A stretch of DNA of 64,000 nt from an uncultured Gammaproteobacteria bacterium (lineage in GTDB: Bacteria > Patescibacteriota > Microgenomatia > CAZETR01 > Amesbacteraceae): the NCBI GenBank assembly GCA_964633995.1, contig CAZWKN010000005.1:920-64919 (forward strand). The letters run 5' to 3'. Both the position numbers and the translations under genes were made by a program. The notes beneath the pieces were generated by a model. The model saw only the letters and a program-made list of their open reading frames with translations. It had not been told where the DNA came from and made no database searches. Position 1 is the stretch's first letter; the number at the start of each line of letters is the position of its first letter. Below are positions 20,325-30,964 of this stretch, piece after piece.

Positions 20325-21283
20325 AAAAACTCGCCGCTTTATTAGTCTCCTTACTTTTAGTCGTTGTTGTAGTATCAATTCCAACACTGTGGTATTACAT
20401 TCAAATTTATACTAATCCACTACCCCAAAAACGCTATGCAGAATTTATTATCACCAATGGCTCTCCCGCCTCAACCATAGTAGACAATTTGGTCCAACAA
20501 CAATTTGCTCGTTCCTCTTTGGCGATCAAAATATATCTCCGTCTAAATGGACTTACAAACTCTCTTCGTCCCGGGGGTTATCAAATTTCAAAAGCCTTAA
20601 CCCCAGCGCAAGTTATAAATCAACTCACCAAAGGGCCAGAAGATATCTGGATTACGTTCCCAGAAGGCTGGCGTCGCGAACAAATCGCTCTGAGGTTGTC
20701 TTCACAACTGGCGGATTTTGACATTCAGAGTTTTTTAAGCCTTACGGCTGACCTAGAAGGGCAACTTTTCCCCGACACCTATCTCATTCCGCCCTATGTC
20801 AAAGCTAAAGATGTTGTCGAATTAATGACCAGAAATTTCGTTAATAAATCCAAGCTCAAGCTTCCATTGGATAAAAACATTCTAATCATGGCATCCCTAA
20901 TTGAACGTGAGGTTCGTACGCAGGAGGATAGGGGGTTGGTGGCGGGTATTATGCAAAAACGACTTGAAGCTAATTGGCCGCTTCAGATTGATGCAACCGT
21001 TCAATACGCTCGTGACTCCTATAATTTTAAACTTCATCCCTCAAATTTCAAATTTTGGGAGCCTGTCTTTGATACCAAATTCCCCTCTAGTTACAATACC
21101 TACCTCAACTCTGGTTTGCCACCAGCCCCAATTAGCAACCCCGGTTTGTTTTCGATTCAGGCTGCACAAAACCCCACCCCCTCACCCTATTGGTATTATT
21201 TAACAGACACTTCTGGAACGACCCATTATTCCAAAACACTCTCGGAGCACAACTTCAATGTTGACAAATACCTAAGACCCTGA
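20321..21283 (+). CDS. mltG: Endolytic transglycosylase MltG
   Basis: ITFPEG, LEGQLFPDTY, MASLIERE, LQIDATVQY, YNTY...GLPPAPISNPG. Confidence 0.95.
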   Translation: MKKLAALLVSLLLVVVVVSIPTLWYYIQIYTNPLPQKRYAEFIITNGSPASTIVDNLVQQQFARSSLAIKIYLRLNGLTNSLRPGGYQISKALTPAQVINQLTKGPEDIWITFPEGWRREQIALRLSSQLADFDIQSFLSLTADLEGQLFPDTYLIPPYVKAKDVVELMTRNFVNKSKLKLPLDKNILIMASLIEREVRTQEDRGLVAGIMQKRLEANWPLQIDATVQYARDSYNFKLHPSNFKFWEPVFDTKFPSSYNTYLNSGLPPAPISNPGLFSIQAAQNPTPSPYWYYLTDTSGTTHYSKTLSEHNFNVDKYLRP

Positions 21284-21353
21284 TATAAGAGAACAAGTTT
21301 ACTAGGCGAAATAAAAATCGCCGAGGGTATTTTGCGCACGCTAGCGCATTTTT
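21261..21353 (+). promoter_or_regulatory. rpoBC promoter and leader hairpins
   Basis: TTGACA(21261)-17 bp-TATAAG with TG extension; hairpins GGCGA/TCGCC and TGCGC/GCGCA plus T5. Confidence 0.55.
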
Positions 21354-21373
21354 GTTTTCCAAAACCTTTACAA

Positions 21374-24300
21374 ATGTCGCAGTCAAATCGCCTTTATTGG
21401 GGTAAGAGTTTTTCAAACCTCCCCAAACTAAACCTCAACCAAATCCAGATTGATAGTTGGAAGTGGTTCTTGGAAAATGGCATAAAAGAAAATCTCACCG
21501 AAATTGGCTCCATAGATGATTTTACAGGCAAGAATTGGACTCTTTCTTTTGGAGAACACTCAATTGAGAAGCCCACCATAACTCCATCACAGGCCCTTAG
21601 AAAGGGCCTTACTTTTTCTTCCTCATTGCGTATCCAGACCAAGCTTTTAAACAAACAAACAGGTAAAGAAGCTATTGGGGAGGTGTTTTTGGGCGATCTC
21701 CCTCAAATGACAGATCGTGGCACATTTATCATCAATGGAGTAGAAAGAACGGTCATTACCCAAATCGTTAGGTCCCCTGGTGCATATTTTGGCTCGGAAA
21801 TTGACGCCGCCTCTGGCCGATTAGTTCATACCGCAGAACTTCGTCCAATCCGGGGCACCTGGCTAGAATTTGAAATTTCTCGAGGCGACGTACTTTCAGT
21901 CCGCATTGATAGACGTCGCAAGTTTGTAGTTACTACTCTTCTACGGGCGCTTGGTCTTTCTACTAACCAACAAATCATAGAAGCGTTTTCAGATGTCAAC
22001 TTCGACCCCAATCACCCCTATTTAGATAGCTCTTTGGCCAAAGATACTACCAAAACCACAGAAGAAGCTTTGGTTGAAATTTACAAAAAAATGCGCCCTG
22101 GAGAACCAATCGTTTTAGAAAATGCCCAACGTTTGATTTTTGATCTATTCTTTAATCCTCGTAGATACGATCTGGGCAAGGTGGGTCGTTTCAAGCTCAA
22201 CAAAAGATTAAACCTCTTCTCCGAGTCTCTTATTCTTACTCGTGACGACTTAATCTCGACCATAAAATATTTAATTGGTCTTCAAAACGGCGTAGGCAAA
22301 ATCGATGACATTGATCATTTAGCCAATCGCAGGGTAAGGGGGGTCGGGGAACTCGTGAGTCAAACAGCCTTCCGGGATGGGCTTCTTAGGCTAGAACGGG
22401 CAATTAAAGAGAAGATGAGCTTGGTTTCAACGGAAGAATTAGTATCTCCGACCATGTTGGTAAACGCCAGACCTGTTATTGCCTCCGTAAATGAATTTTT
22501 CAGGAGTTCTCAATTATCTCAAATTCTCGAACAAACCAATCCATTGTCCGAAATTGACCACCTTCGTCGTCTGACGGTGATGGGTCGAGGCGGTATTACC
22601 CGTGAAAGAGCCTCGTTTAGCATCAGAGACGTCAATTCCAGCCAATATGGTCGTATTGATCCAGTCCGTTCACCAGAAGGTGCCAACATTGGACTCGTAA
22701 CCTATTTGGCGTTATACGCCAGAGTTAACGAATTTGGTTTCTTGGAAGTTCCCTACAGAAAACTGAAAAAAGAAGACCTCAATGGCAAGACTCTGGTAAA
22801 AGCCACCGATGAAATTGTTTATCTCAATGCAGACGATGAAGAAAATTTCCGTATTTCCCACAGCGATCTTCACATGGACGAAAATGGTTATGTCAAAGAG
22901 GAGTGGCTTCCAATTCGTTATCAAGGCACTTTTATAGAAGGCACCGCAGCCTCGGTTGATTTCATCGACTCTGTTCCCAGGCAACTTGTTGGCACTTCAG
23001 CCTCGCTTATTCCGTTCTTGGCCAACGACGCTGCAAATCGCGCTCTCATGGGATCAAACATGCAGACTCAAGCTGTTCCATTATTGCGTCCCAACAGTCC
23101 CGTAGTCGGAACTGGTATGGAAAAAGAAGTTGCTGGATTCATGGGTTGGTGTGTATATGCCAGGCATTCGGGTACAGTTTCTTATGTAGATTCTACAAAA
23201 ATTATAATTAAGCTCGACAAAAAACCCGAGTCGGTAGAGGCGGCAGAACATGTCTCAGTCAAGGGGGACCTGGAAACCTACTCTCTCATTAAGTTTAAAC
23301 GGACTTCTCAGAGCTCGTCTTTCAACCAAGAGCCTGTTGTTTCATTGGGCCAAAAAATCGCCAAAGGCCAGTTGCTTATTGATGGTCCATCAACCCAAAA
23401 TGGCGAGCTAGCTTTGGGCCAGAATCTTGTTATCGCCTATGCATCATACGATGGGCTTGGTTACGAAGACGCCATCGTCATTTCTGAGCGCTTGGTTAGG
23501 GAAGATCTTTTAACTTCAATTCACATTGAGGAGTACGAAGCGGATGTTGTAGATACCAAACTTGGCCCTGAGGAACTAACGAGAGATATTCCAAATGTAG
23601 GGGAATCTTTCTTGGCCAATCTTGACTCAGAGGGTATCGTCTCGGTCGGTTCAGAGGTTTCCCCAAATGATATTTTGGTTGGAAAAATTGCCCCCAAGGG
23701 CGAAACTGAACTCTCGGCTGAAGAGCGTCTTTTAAGGGCGATCTTTGGCGAAAAAGCACGCGACGTACGCGACACGTCTCTTCGTATGCCTCATGGGGAA
23801 CGTGGAATGGTTATTGATATTCATGTTTTAGACCGTGAAGCAGGAGATGAACTTCCTCCAGGAGTCAACAAAAGAGTAGTTGTAAAGGTGGCCCAGATAA
23901 GAAAAATAAACGTTGGAGATAAGTTGGCTGGCCGTCACGGAAACAAAGGTGTAATTTCCAAAATTGTTCCCACCGCAGATATGCCTCATCTCGAGGACGG
24001 AACTCCGATCGACATCATGATTTCTCCACTTTCTGTGCTTGCTCGTATGAATTTGGGTCAACTACTCGAAGCAAGACTTGGTTGGGCCATGTCCAAACAG
24101 AACAAGAAAGTAGCAGTTCCTGTTTTTGAAAAAGTTGCAGAAGAACAAATCGCCGATGAGATGCAAAAGGCAGGTCTTCCGGTCTCTGGTAAAACCTATC
24201 TAATTGATGGTAGGACCGGATTGCCATACGAAGAACCAACAGTGGTGGGTATAGGGTACATCCTTAAGCTTCACCACATGGTCGAGGATAAAACTCACGC

Positions 24301-24742
24301 CAGGTCTACTGGGCCATATTCTCTGGTCACTCAACAACCACTCGGTGGAAAAGCCCAAATGGGAGGACAGAGGCTAGGGGAGATGGAGGTCTGGGCGCTC
24401 GAATCTCACCGTGCTGCTTTTACCCTTCAGGAAATGCTTACCATCAAATCTGACGACGTTGTTGGCAGAGCCAAGGCGTTCGAGGCCATCGTTAAAGGCA
24501 CAGACATCCCCACCAGTTCCGTCCCGGAGTCGTTCAATGTTTTGGTTAAAGAACTGCAAAGCCTTGGGCTTCAAGTTATCCCCCAAGGGGTCCAGGTTAA
24601 AGCGTCGGATGATTCTGGAGCCACAACTCCCACTCCCGCAGCGGACGATAATACTGTACAATCAGTTGCTTCAGATGATTTAGTAGACTTAACAGAAGTT
24701 TCAGACGACGAAGCCGTCGAAAAATTACCTGACGATAAATAA
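21374..24742 (+). CDS. rpoB: RNA polymerase beta subunit
   Basis: GTFIINGVER, RALMGSNMQ, GDKLAGRHGNKGV, GGQRLGEMEVWAL; start corrected to ATG 21374. Confidence 0.99.
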   Translation: MSQSNRLYWGKSFSNLPKLNLNQIQIDSWKWFLENGIKENLTEIGSIDDFTGKNWTLSFGEHSIEKPTITPSQALRKGLTFSSSLRIQTKLLNKQTGKEAIGEVFLGDLPQMTDRGTFIINGVERTVITQIVRSPGAYFGSEIDAASGRLVHTAELRPIRGTWLEFEISRGDVLSVRIDRRRKFVVTTLLRALGLSTNQQIIEAFSDVNFDPNHPYLDSSLAKDTTKTTEEALVEIYKKMRPGEPIVLENAQRLIFDLFFNPRRYDLGKVGRFKLNKRLNLFSESLILTRDDLISTIKYLIGLQNGVGKIDDIDHLANRRVRGVGELVSQTAFRDGLLRLERAIKEKMSLVSTEELVSPTMLVNARPVIASVNEFFRSSQLSQILEQTNPLSEIDHLRRLTVMGRGGITRERASFSIRDVNSSQYGRIDPVRSPEGANIGLVTYLALYARVNEFGFLEVPYRKLKKEDLNGKTLVKATDEIVYLNADDEENFRISHSDLHMDENGYVKEEWLPIRYQGTFIEGTAASVDFIDSVPRQLVGTSASLIPFLANDAANRALMGSNMQTQAVPLLRPNSPVVGTGMEKEVAGFMGWCVYARHSGTVSYVDSTKIIIKLDKKPESVEAAEHVSVKGDLETYSLIKFKRTSQSSSFNQEPVVSLGQKIAKGQLLIDGPSTQNGELALGQNLVIAYASYDGLGYEDAIVISERLVREDLLTSIHIEEYEADVVDTKLGPEELTRDIPNVGESFLANLDSEGIVSVGSEVSPNDILVGKIAPKGETELSAEERLLRAIFGEKARDVRDTSLRMPHGERGMVIDIHVLDREAGDELPPGVNKRVVVKVAQIRKINVGDKLAGRHGNKGVISKIVPTADMPHLEDGTPIDIMISPLSVLARMNLGQLLEARLGWAMSKQNKKVAVPVFEKVAEEQIADEMQKAGLPVSGKTYLIDGRTGLPYEEPTVVGIGYILKLHHMVEDKTHARSTGPYSLVTQQPLGGKAQMGGQRLGEMEVWALESHRAAFTLQEMLTIKSDDVVGRAKAFEAIVKGTDIPTSSVPESFNVLVKELQSLGLQVIPQGVQVKASDDSGATTPTPAADDNTVQSVASDDLVDLTEVSDDEAVEKLPDDK

Positions 24743-24747
24743 ATAAT

Positions 24748-27700
24748 ATGGCATCAAACAAAACCGAAACACACGTTGATTCATTCAGAAATATTTTTGA
24801 TTTTTCTGGATTACAACTCAAGCTCGCCTCACCCGACGCAATGAAGTCATGGTCTCATGGTGAGATTACGAAGCCAGAGACAATCAACTACAGAACTCTT
24901 CGTCCCGAAAAAGATGGACTTTTTGACGAGCGAATTTTTGGACCTGTAAAAGATTGGGAGTGTTACTGTGGAAAGTACAAAAGGATTCGATATAAGGGGA
25001 TTATTTGTGACAAATGTGGAGTAGAAGTCACCCACTCTCGAGTCCGTAGAGAGAGAATGGGCCATATTACCCTTGCTTGTCCAGTGGCTCACGTTTGGTA
25101 TTTTCGAGGGGCTCCATCGAAGTTAAGCCTTCTGCTCGATATTTCTCCTAAATCACTAGAGTCTGTAATATATTTCGCCCAATATATTATCACTTCAGTC
25201 GATGTTTCTGCTCAGAACAAGACTGTTGAAAGATTAAAAAAAGAAGCTATCTCCCAAAAAGACGATCTCAAGGCCTCTTATGACGCGAAAATTGAAGCTC
25301 TTCAGAAGGAAATAGATGTTGAGGTGTCTAAAGTACAGGAACAAAATCGAAACATTGACGCAAAAGCAATTGCGTTGGAGCAAGCTTCGCTTAAAGGAAA
25401 ACAACAAATACAAACTTTACGTGATCAACAAACAGCCGAAATGGACAAAACTGTTAGTTTGTATCAAAGACTTGACGAAATTGTTCAAAGTGTTCGCCCA
25501 GCCAGCGTAGTCACAGAAGAAGAATACGCCAAACTAATGGAGTATGGAGCTTTAGACTTCGTCGAGGTGGGGATGGGAGCCGAGGCTGTTCTTGAGGTTA
25601 TTAAAAATCTGGATTTACCGTCGCTTTGTAATGAACTCAGAGGCGAAATCCTCACCTCAACTGGTCAACGTCATATAAAAGCCACCAAAAGACTTCGTGT
25701 TGCAGACGGACTTCGTAGGTCCAATGTTGATCCTGCCTGGATGATTCTCAAGATTCTTCCAGTTATACCCCCTGATTTGCGGCCGATGGTCCAACTTTCT
25801 GGCGGACGATTTGCATCATCAGATCTCAACGATCTCTATCGCCGCGTTCTCAATAGAAACAATCGCCTCAAGCATCTTATGGATCTTGGAGCTCCGGAAA
25901 TAATCCTTAGAAATGAAAAACGCATGCTCCAAGAAGCAGTTGACGCTCTCATTGACTCAGCGCAGCGCGTTACCAGAACCTCCCGCCTGCCGGCAGCTGC
26001 ACACTCCAAATCTTTGTCAGACATGCTTCGTGGCAAGCAAGGTCGTTTCCGCCAAAATTTGTTGGGTAAACGAGTAGATTACTCAGGTCGTTCGGTCATT
26101 GTTGTCGGTCCAGATTTACATATCAATCAATGCGGCCTTCCTAAAGACATGGCTCTCGAGATGTTTAAACCATTTGTTTTAAGACAAATGATTGTTCGAG
26201 GACTGGCTCCAAACGTCAAATCAGCCAAGAATTTGCTTGAATCTCGCCCACCAGAGGTCTTCGATATTCTTGAAGAAATTACTAAAAACCACCCCGTCTT
26301 ATTAAATCGCGCTCCGACTTTGCATAAACTTTCTATTCAAGCGTTCTATCCTATTTTAGTTGAAGGCTCAGCCATTCAAATTCACCCCTGTATTTGTGCA
26401 GGCTTTAACGCAGATTTCGATGGTGACCAAATGGCCGTTCACGTCCCTTTAAGTGAACAATCTATCAAAGAAGTAGAAGCTCTAATGATGCCGGAGAATA
26501 ACCTTAGAAAACCATCTGACGGTACCCCAATTTCAATTCCAGCTACCAAAGACATTGCTTTAGGAAATTACTTCCTTACATCAGTCGATCCGCGTGTCGA
26601 TGTCCATCCGTCAATATTCTCAAACCCCGAAGAAGCAATATTGGCTTATCATACTCAACACATTCGTCTTCGGGGCAGAATAAAATGTCAAATAAATGAC
26701 CAAATTGTGGACACCACCGTGGGAAGATTAATCTTCAATGAAATATTACCCGTCGAGTTAAGATTCATCAACGAAGATGTGAAGAGGGGCACCACAGTAA
26801 ATATTTTCAAGAAGGCCTTTAAGTTATATGATTCCACAGTCATAACCAAGCTAATTGACGACATTAAATCATTAGGCTTTTGGGCAGGTACTATTTCTGG
26901 GCTTTCGGTTGGTATTACAGATAGCGTCATCTTAAAAAACAAAGAGGAGATAATTGCCGAGGCAAACTCACGCGTTGCGGAAATCGAATCCAACTTTTCC
27001 ATGGGTCTGATTACTCAGGAAGAAAAGAAACGACTTTCCCAGGAAATCTGGTTGGAAACTACCGAAAAATTAGCTGACAAAACCTGGGAACTGTTTGAAC
27101 CAACTAACCCCATAAGGTTGATTATTGATGCTCAGGTTGGTCGTGCTTCTCGTGAACAAGTCCGCCAACTTTCCGGTATGCGCGGTTTGGTTGTAGATCC
27201 GTCGGGTCGCATCGTAGATCTTCCTATTAAGAGTAATTATCGCGAAGGCTTTTCTACCTTCGAATATGTCACAGCTTCTCGCGGAGAGCGCAAGGGCTTG
27301 TCCGATACGGCTATTAGAACCGCTGATGCTGGTTATCTTACTCGGCGTTTGGTAGATGTAGCCCATGACGCCATTGTCAGAATTCAAGATTGTAACTCCA
27401 CCAGCGGCTTGTCTATTTACAGATCAGGTCGCCGAGCCAAAGTTTTTGGCAGCCGTATTTTTGGCAGAGTTCTAGCTGCTGATCTACATTCTCCAAATTC
27501 CAAAAAAGTTCTTTTCCCAGCAGGCACTCTGGTCGACGAAGCGGTCTTGGCCAAAATAGAAGCCGAACAGGTTCAAGAAGCAGTCGTCCGTTCACCTCTC
27601 ACTTGCAATTCCAAATACGGGATTTGCGCGGTTTGTTACGGTTGGAGTCTAAGTGCGATGGGCAATGTCACTGTTGGTGACCCGGTGGGTGTAGTTGCTG

Positions 27701-28485
27701 CTCAAAGTATTGGTGAGCCGGGTACCCAAATGACGCTACATGGTAAACAAGGTGCTAAAACCTTAGGTAACGTAGATGTTACGCAAGGGTTACCAAGAAT
27801 AGAAGAGTTATTCGAAGCCAGAACTCCCAAATTAATTTCTCCTCTAGCAGAAATTTCAGGCAAAGTAGAAGTAGTTGAGTCAGAAGATGGCTACAAAGTT
27901 CGCATAAGAAATACCAGTGTTAAACCGGTTGAAGAGCGGGAGTACATTATTCCTTTGGCAGCTGAGCTCAAGGTCACTGATGGTAGCTTGGTCAACAGCG
28001 GTACTCAACTAGCAGCTGGATCCTTGGATATCAAAGAGGTTCTCGAAGTTCGTGGTTTACGTGGAGCCCAGGAGTATTTGATTGAAGAAATTCAGGCAGT
28101 TTATGAATCTCAAGGCGTTCCCATTCACGACAAACATTTTGAAGTAATTGTCAGAAAAATGAGTGACCGGGTTCGAATTCTTACTCAAGGTGATACTACT
28201 GTTTTGCCTGGCGACATAATTGATAGGGCCATTTTTGAAAATGAAAACGCTCGAGTTTTGGCAGCAGGTGGTGAGCCGGCCACTGCTCAGGTCGTAATTT
28301 TGGGTATTACCAGAGCTGCGCTAAAAACAGGCTCATGGCTATCTGCTGCATCGTTCATCGAAACCACTTCTCAGTTGGGAGACGCAGCGGTTGAAGGTAG
28401 AATTGATCCACTTTTGGGCTTGAAGGAAAACGTTATAATCGGAAGACTGATTCCCACCAGTCCAGAACGGGCCGCAATAAATTGA
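24748..28485 (+). CDS. rpoC: RNA polymerase beta' subunit
   Basis: ECYCGKYK, CDKCGVE, LLGKRVDYSGRS, NADFDGDQM. Confidence 0.99.
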   Translation: MASNKTETHVDSFRNIFDFSGLQLKLASPDAMKSWSHGEITKPETINYRTLRPEKDGLFDERIFGPVKDWECYCGKYKRIRYKGIICDKCGVEVTHSRVRRERMGHITLACPVAHVWYFRGAPSKLSLLLDISPKSLESVIYFAQYIITSVDVSAQNKTVERLKKEAISQKDDLKASYDAKIEALQKEIDVEVSKVQEQNRNIDAKAIALEQASLKGKQQIQTLRDQQTAEMDKTVSLYQRLDEIVQSVRPASVVTEEEYAKLMEYGALDFVEVGMGAEAVLEVIKNLDLPSLCNELRGEILTSTGQRHIKATKRLRVADGLRRSNVDPAWMILKILPVIPPDLRPMVQLSGGRFASSDLNDLYRRVLNRNNRLKHLMDLGAPEIILRNEKRMLQEAVDALIDSAQRVTRTSRLPAAAHSKSLSDMLRGKQGRFRQNLLGKRVDYSGRSVIVVGPDLHINQCGLPKDMALEMFKPFVLRQMIVRGLAPNVKSAKNLLESRPPEVFDILEEITKNHPVLLNRAPTLHKLSIQAFYPILVEGSAIQIHPCICAGFNADFDGDQMAVHVPLSEQSIKEVEALMMPENNLRKPSDGTPISIPATKDIALGNYFLTSVDPRVDVHPSIFSNPEEAILAYHTQHIRLRGRIKCQINDQIVDTTVGRLIFNEILPVELRFINEDVKRGTTVNIFKKAFKLYDSTVITKLIDDIKSLGFWAGTISGLSVGITDSVILKNKEEIIAEANSRVAEIESNFSMGLITQEEKKRLSQEIWLETTEKLADKTWELFEPTNPIRLIIDAQVGRASREQVRQLSGMRGLVVDPSGRIVDLPIKSNYREGFSTFEYVTASRGERKGLSDTAIRTADAGYLTRRLVDVAHDAIVRIQDCNSTSGLSIYRSGRRAKVFGSRIFGRVLAADLHSPNSKKVLFPAGTLVDEAVLAKIEAEQVQEAVVRSPLTCNSKYGICAVCYGWSLSAMGNVTVGDPVGVVAAQSIGEPGTQMTLHGKQGAKTLGNVDVTQGLPRIEELFEARTPKLISPLAEISGKVEVVESEDGYKVRIRNTSVKPVEEREYIIPLAAELKVTDGSLVNSGTQLAAGSLDIKEVLEVRGLRGAQEYLIEEIQAVYESQGVPIHDKHFEVIVRKMSDRVRILTQGDTTVLPGDIIDRAIFENENARVLAAGGEPATAQVVILGITRAALKTGSWLSAASFIETTSQLGDAAVEGRIDPLLGLKENVIIGRLIPTSPERAAIN

Positions 28486-28516
28486 TAATTTGGAATTAAA
28501 AATTTAAAATTGTACC

Positions 28517-28951
28517 ATGCCGACGATCAATCAACTAATCAGAAAAGGCCGCCAAAAAAAACATAAAAAAGTTTTAGCCACCGGTCTACGCAAATCCTTT
28601 AACGCCAAGGATCGGGTCTTTACTCCCGACATGAATCCTTTCAAAAGAGGAGTGGTTACCGTTGTTAAAACCATGACTCCCAGAAAACCAAACTCGGCCA
28701 TTAGAAAAGTGGCTCGTGTCCGACTTTCAAACAAAATTGAAGTCACTGCTTATATCCCCGGCATTGGTCATAACATTGCCGAACACGCCATTGTCATGGT
28801 TCGTGGTGGTCGCGTCAAAGATTTACCGGGTGTAAAATACCACATCGTTCGAGGCAAATATGATGCCTCTGGAGTGGAGAACCGTAAACAAGGCAGATCG
28901 CGTTATGGTACCAAATCGGTTTCCGGTCCAAAAGCCGCAGCAGCGAGTTAA
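28517..28951 (+). CDS. rpsL: 30S ribosomal protein S12
   Basis: [25 protein letters not shown]. Confidence 0.99.
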   Translation: MPTINQLIRKGRQKKHKKVLATGLRKSFNAKDRVFTPDMNPFKRGVVTVVKTMTPRKPNSAIRKVARVRLSNKIEVTAYIPGIGHNIAEHAIVMVRGGRVKDLPGVKYHIVRGKYDASGVENRKQGRSRYGTKSVSGPKAAAAS

Positions 28952-28956
28952 AAACT

Positions 28957-29433
28957 ATGCGTTCGAAAAAAGCACCAATCAGAAATATCCAACCAGATCC
29001 GGTTTACAAATCGCTTATGTTAGCGAAACTTATCAATCGTCTTATGTTGTCAGGTAAAAAGACTGTCGCCGAGAAGCAGGTTTACGCCACCATGGATTTG
29101 TTAAAGGCCAAAACAGAGCAAGACCCGTTAGCCGTTTTTACCGAAGCTCTAGAAAACATTAAGCCTCAAATGGAAGTTCGAGCCAGAAGAATAGGTGGAG
29201 CTGCTTACCAGGTTCCTTCCCCAGTAAGAGGTGTTCGCCGTGACTCATTGGCTATTCGTTGGCTAATTATGGCAGCTACCGCCAGGCCAAGTTCCGAATA
29301 CCACACAGTCGCAGAAAAACTCGCAGCAGAAATTATCGATGCCACCAAAAATCTAGGTGGAGCAATGAAAAAGAAGTTAGATATGCATCGTATGGCCGAA
29401 GCCAACAAAGCCTTCGCCCATTTCCGTTGGTAA
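28957..29433 (+). CDS. rpsG: 30S ribosomal protein S7
   Basis: RRIGGAAYQVP, HRMAEANKAFAHFRW. Confidence 0.99.
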   Translation: MRSKKAPIRNIQPDPVYKSLMLAKLINRLMLSGKKTVAEKQVYATMDLLKAKTEQDPLAVFTEALENIKPQMEVRARRIGGAAYQVPSPVRGVRRDSLAIRWLIMAATARPSSEYHTVAEKLAAEIIDATKNLGGAMKKKLDMHRMAEANKAFAHFRW

Positions 29434-29436
29434 AAT

Positions 29437-30039
29437 ATGGCACACTATACCGGACCAAAAAACAGATTATCCCGTAGAGAGGGCCTAGATTTATTTGGTA
29501 AAGGCAACAAACTTCGTCGAGCTACCCAAGTTCCAGGACAGCATGGTCCCAAGGGTTCCAAGAGAAAAGTTTCAGACTATGGCACCCAGCTTCGCGAAAA
29601 GCAGAAAACTCGCAGACTTTATGGTATAATGGAAAAACAGTTCCGAGGGTACTTTGAGAAAGCGAGAAAAGTTCGTGGCAAGACTGGAGAAGCTCTCCTG
29701 CGCTTGCTCGAAACCAGGTTGGACAACGTAGTCTACCGCCTTAGTTTTGTTCCCACAAGGAACATGGCGCGTCAACTTGTTGGCCATGGCCACATCTTGG
29801 TAGACGGAAAAATGGTTACCATCCCGTCATATCAGGTCAAAGTTGGTCAACAAATTTCACTCGGCAAAAAAGCCTTGGAAATGCCTGTGGTAAAATCTCG
29901 CCTAGACAATCCCGAATTGAGTCTTCCTGCTTGGCTCAAACGCACTGCAGCTGTTGGACAGATCCAAAGTCTTCCTGCCAGGATCGACATCGACAGTCCA
30001 GTTAACGATCAATTAATAGTTGAGTACTATTCACGCTAA
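29437..30039 (+). CDS. rpsD: 30S ribosomal protein S4
   Basis: PGQHG, SDYGTQLREKQK, LETRLDNVVYR, LIVEYYSR. Confidence 0.99.
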   Translation: MAHYTGPKNRLSRREGLDLFGKGNKLRRATQVPGQHGPKGSKRKVSDYGTQLREKQKTRRLYGIMEKQFRGYFEKARKVRGKTGEALLRLLETRLDNVVYRLSFVPTRNMARQLVGHGHILVDGKMVTIPSYQVKVGQQISLGKKALEMPVVKSRLDNPELSLPAWLKRTAAVGQIQSLPARIDIDSPVNDQLIVEYYSR

Positions 30040-30043
30040 ATTT

Positions 30044-30961
30044 ATGTTAGACCCACAATTTACAGTCACCCAAACCGAATCCAAAGGCAATTATGCCAAA
30101 TTCGTAATTGAACCACTTCCACAAGGATTTGGCCACACGTTAGGCAATAGCCTGCGCCGTGTTTTATATTCTTCAATTCCTGGGGCCAGTATTACCAGTT
30201 TGACAATTGCTGGGGCTAATCATCAATTTTCCTCACTCGAAGGTGTCAGTGAAGACGTTGTTAAACTCGTTCTTTCCTTAAAACAACTCAGAGTTTCTTA
30301 CACCGGAGAAAAACCAACCAAAATTTCTCTTTCTGCCAAGGGTCCAGGTGAAGTAACTGCCGCCCAATTTGAACTTCCTGGTGATGTAAAAATCGCCAAC
30401 CCAGAATTAATTATTGCTCACCTTACAGACAAATCTACCAAACTGGATATCGAAGCAGTAGTTGAATCAGGTTTAGGATATTCTCCAGCTGAAGAGCGCA
30501 AAAGCACCACCGTTGGTGTCATTCCCATCGACGCCAGTTTTACTCCGGTTGTCAGGGTAAATTATACAGTTGAAGCTACCCGCGTAGGGCGAGTTACCAA
30601 TTTCGACAAATTAGTCTTAGAAATTACCACTGATGGCACAATAGATGCCAAATTAGCCCTGGAGACAGCTTCCAAGATTCTTGTAAATTACTTTTCAGCT
30701 GTATCCAATCCCCAGACATCTTCATCTTCAGTAACCACATTTTCAGGTGTTCGTGTTGGTGGAGGGGCTAGTTTAGCAGTTGAAGAATTGGATTTACCTA
30801 CCCGAATCGCGAATGCTCTTCAAAAAGCCGGCATGGAAACAGTTGCCCAGCTTCAAGCGGTTCCCAAAGCGGAGTTGGCAAAAGTCAAAAATCTAGGCAC
30901 CAAGTCCGTAAAAATTATTGAAGTAGCTTTACGTGAGCGCGGGCTAGAACTCGCTCAATGA
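30044..30961 (+). CDS. rpoA: RNA polymerase alpha subunit
   Basis: IEPLPQGFGHTLGNSLRR, IDASFTPV, NLGTKS; start corrected to ATG 30044. Confidence 0.99.
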   Translation: MLDPQFTVTQTESKGNYAKFVIEPLPQGFGHTLGNSLRRVLYSSIPGASITSLTIAGANHQFSSLEGVSEDVVKLVLSLKQLRVSYTGEKPTKISLSAKGPGEVTAAQFELPGDVKIANPELIIAHLTDKSTKLDIEAVVESGLGYSPAEERKSTTVGVIPIDASFTPVVRVNYTVEATRVGRVTNFDKLVLEITTDGTIDAKLALETASKILVNYFSAVSNPQTSSSSVTTFSGVRVGGGASLAVEELDLPTRIANALQKAGMETVAQLQAVPKAELAKVKNLGTKSVKIIEVALRERGLELAQ

Positions 30962-30964
30962 CAC

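Noticed and set aside
28670-28700. S12 K42R (TPRKPNSA) as acquired streptomycin resistance
   Set aside because: A single conservative variant that also occurs naturally; nothing here indicates selection
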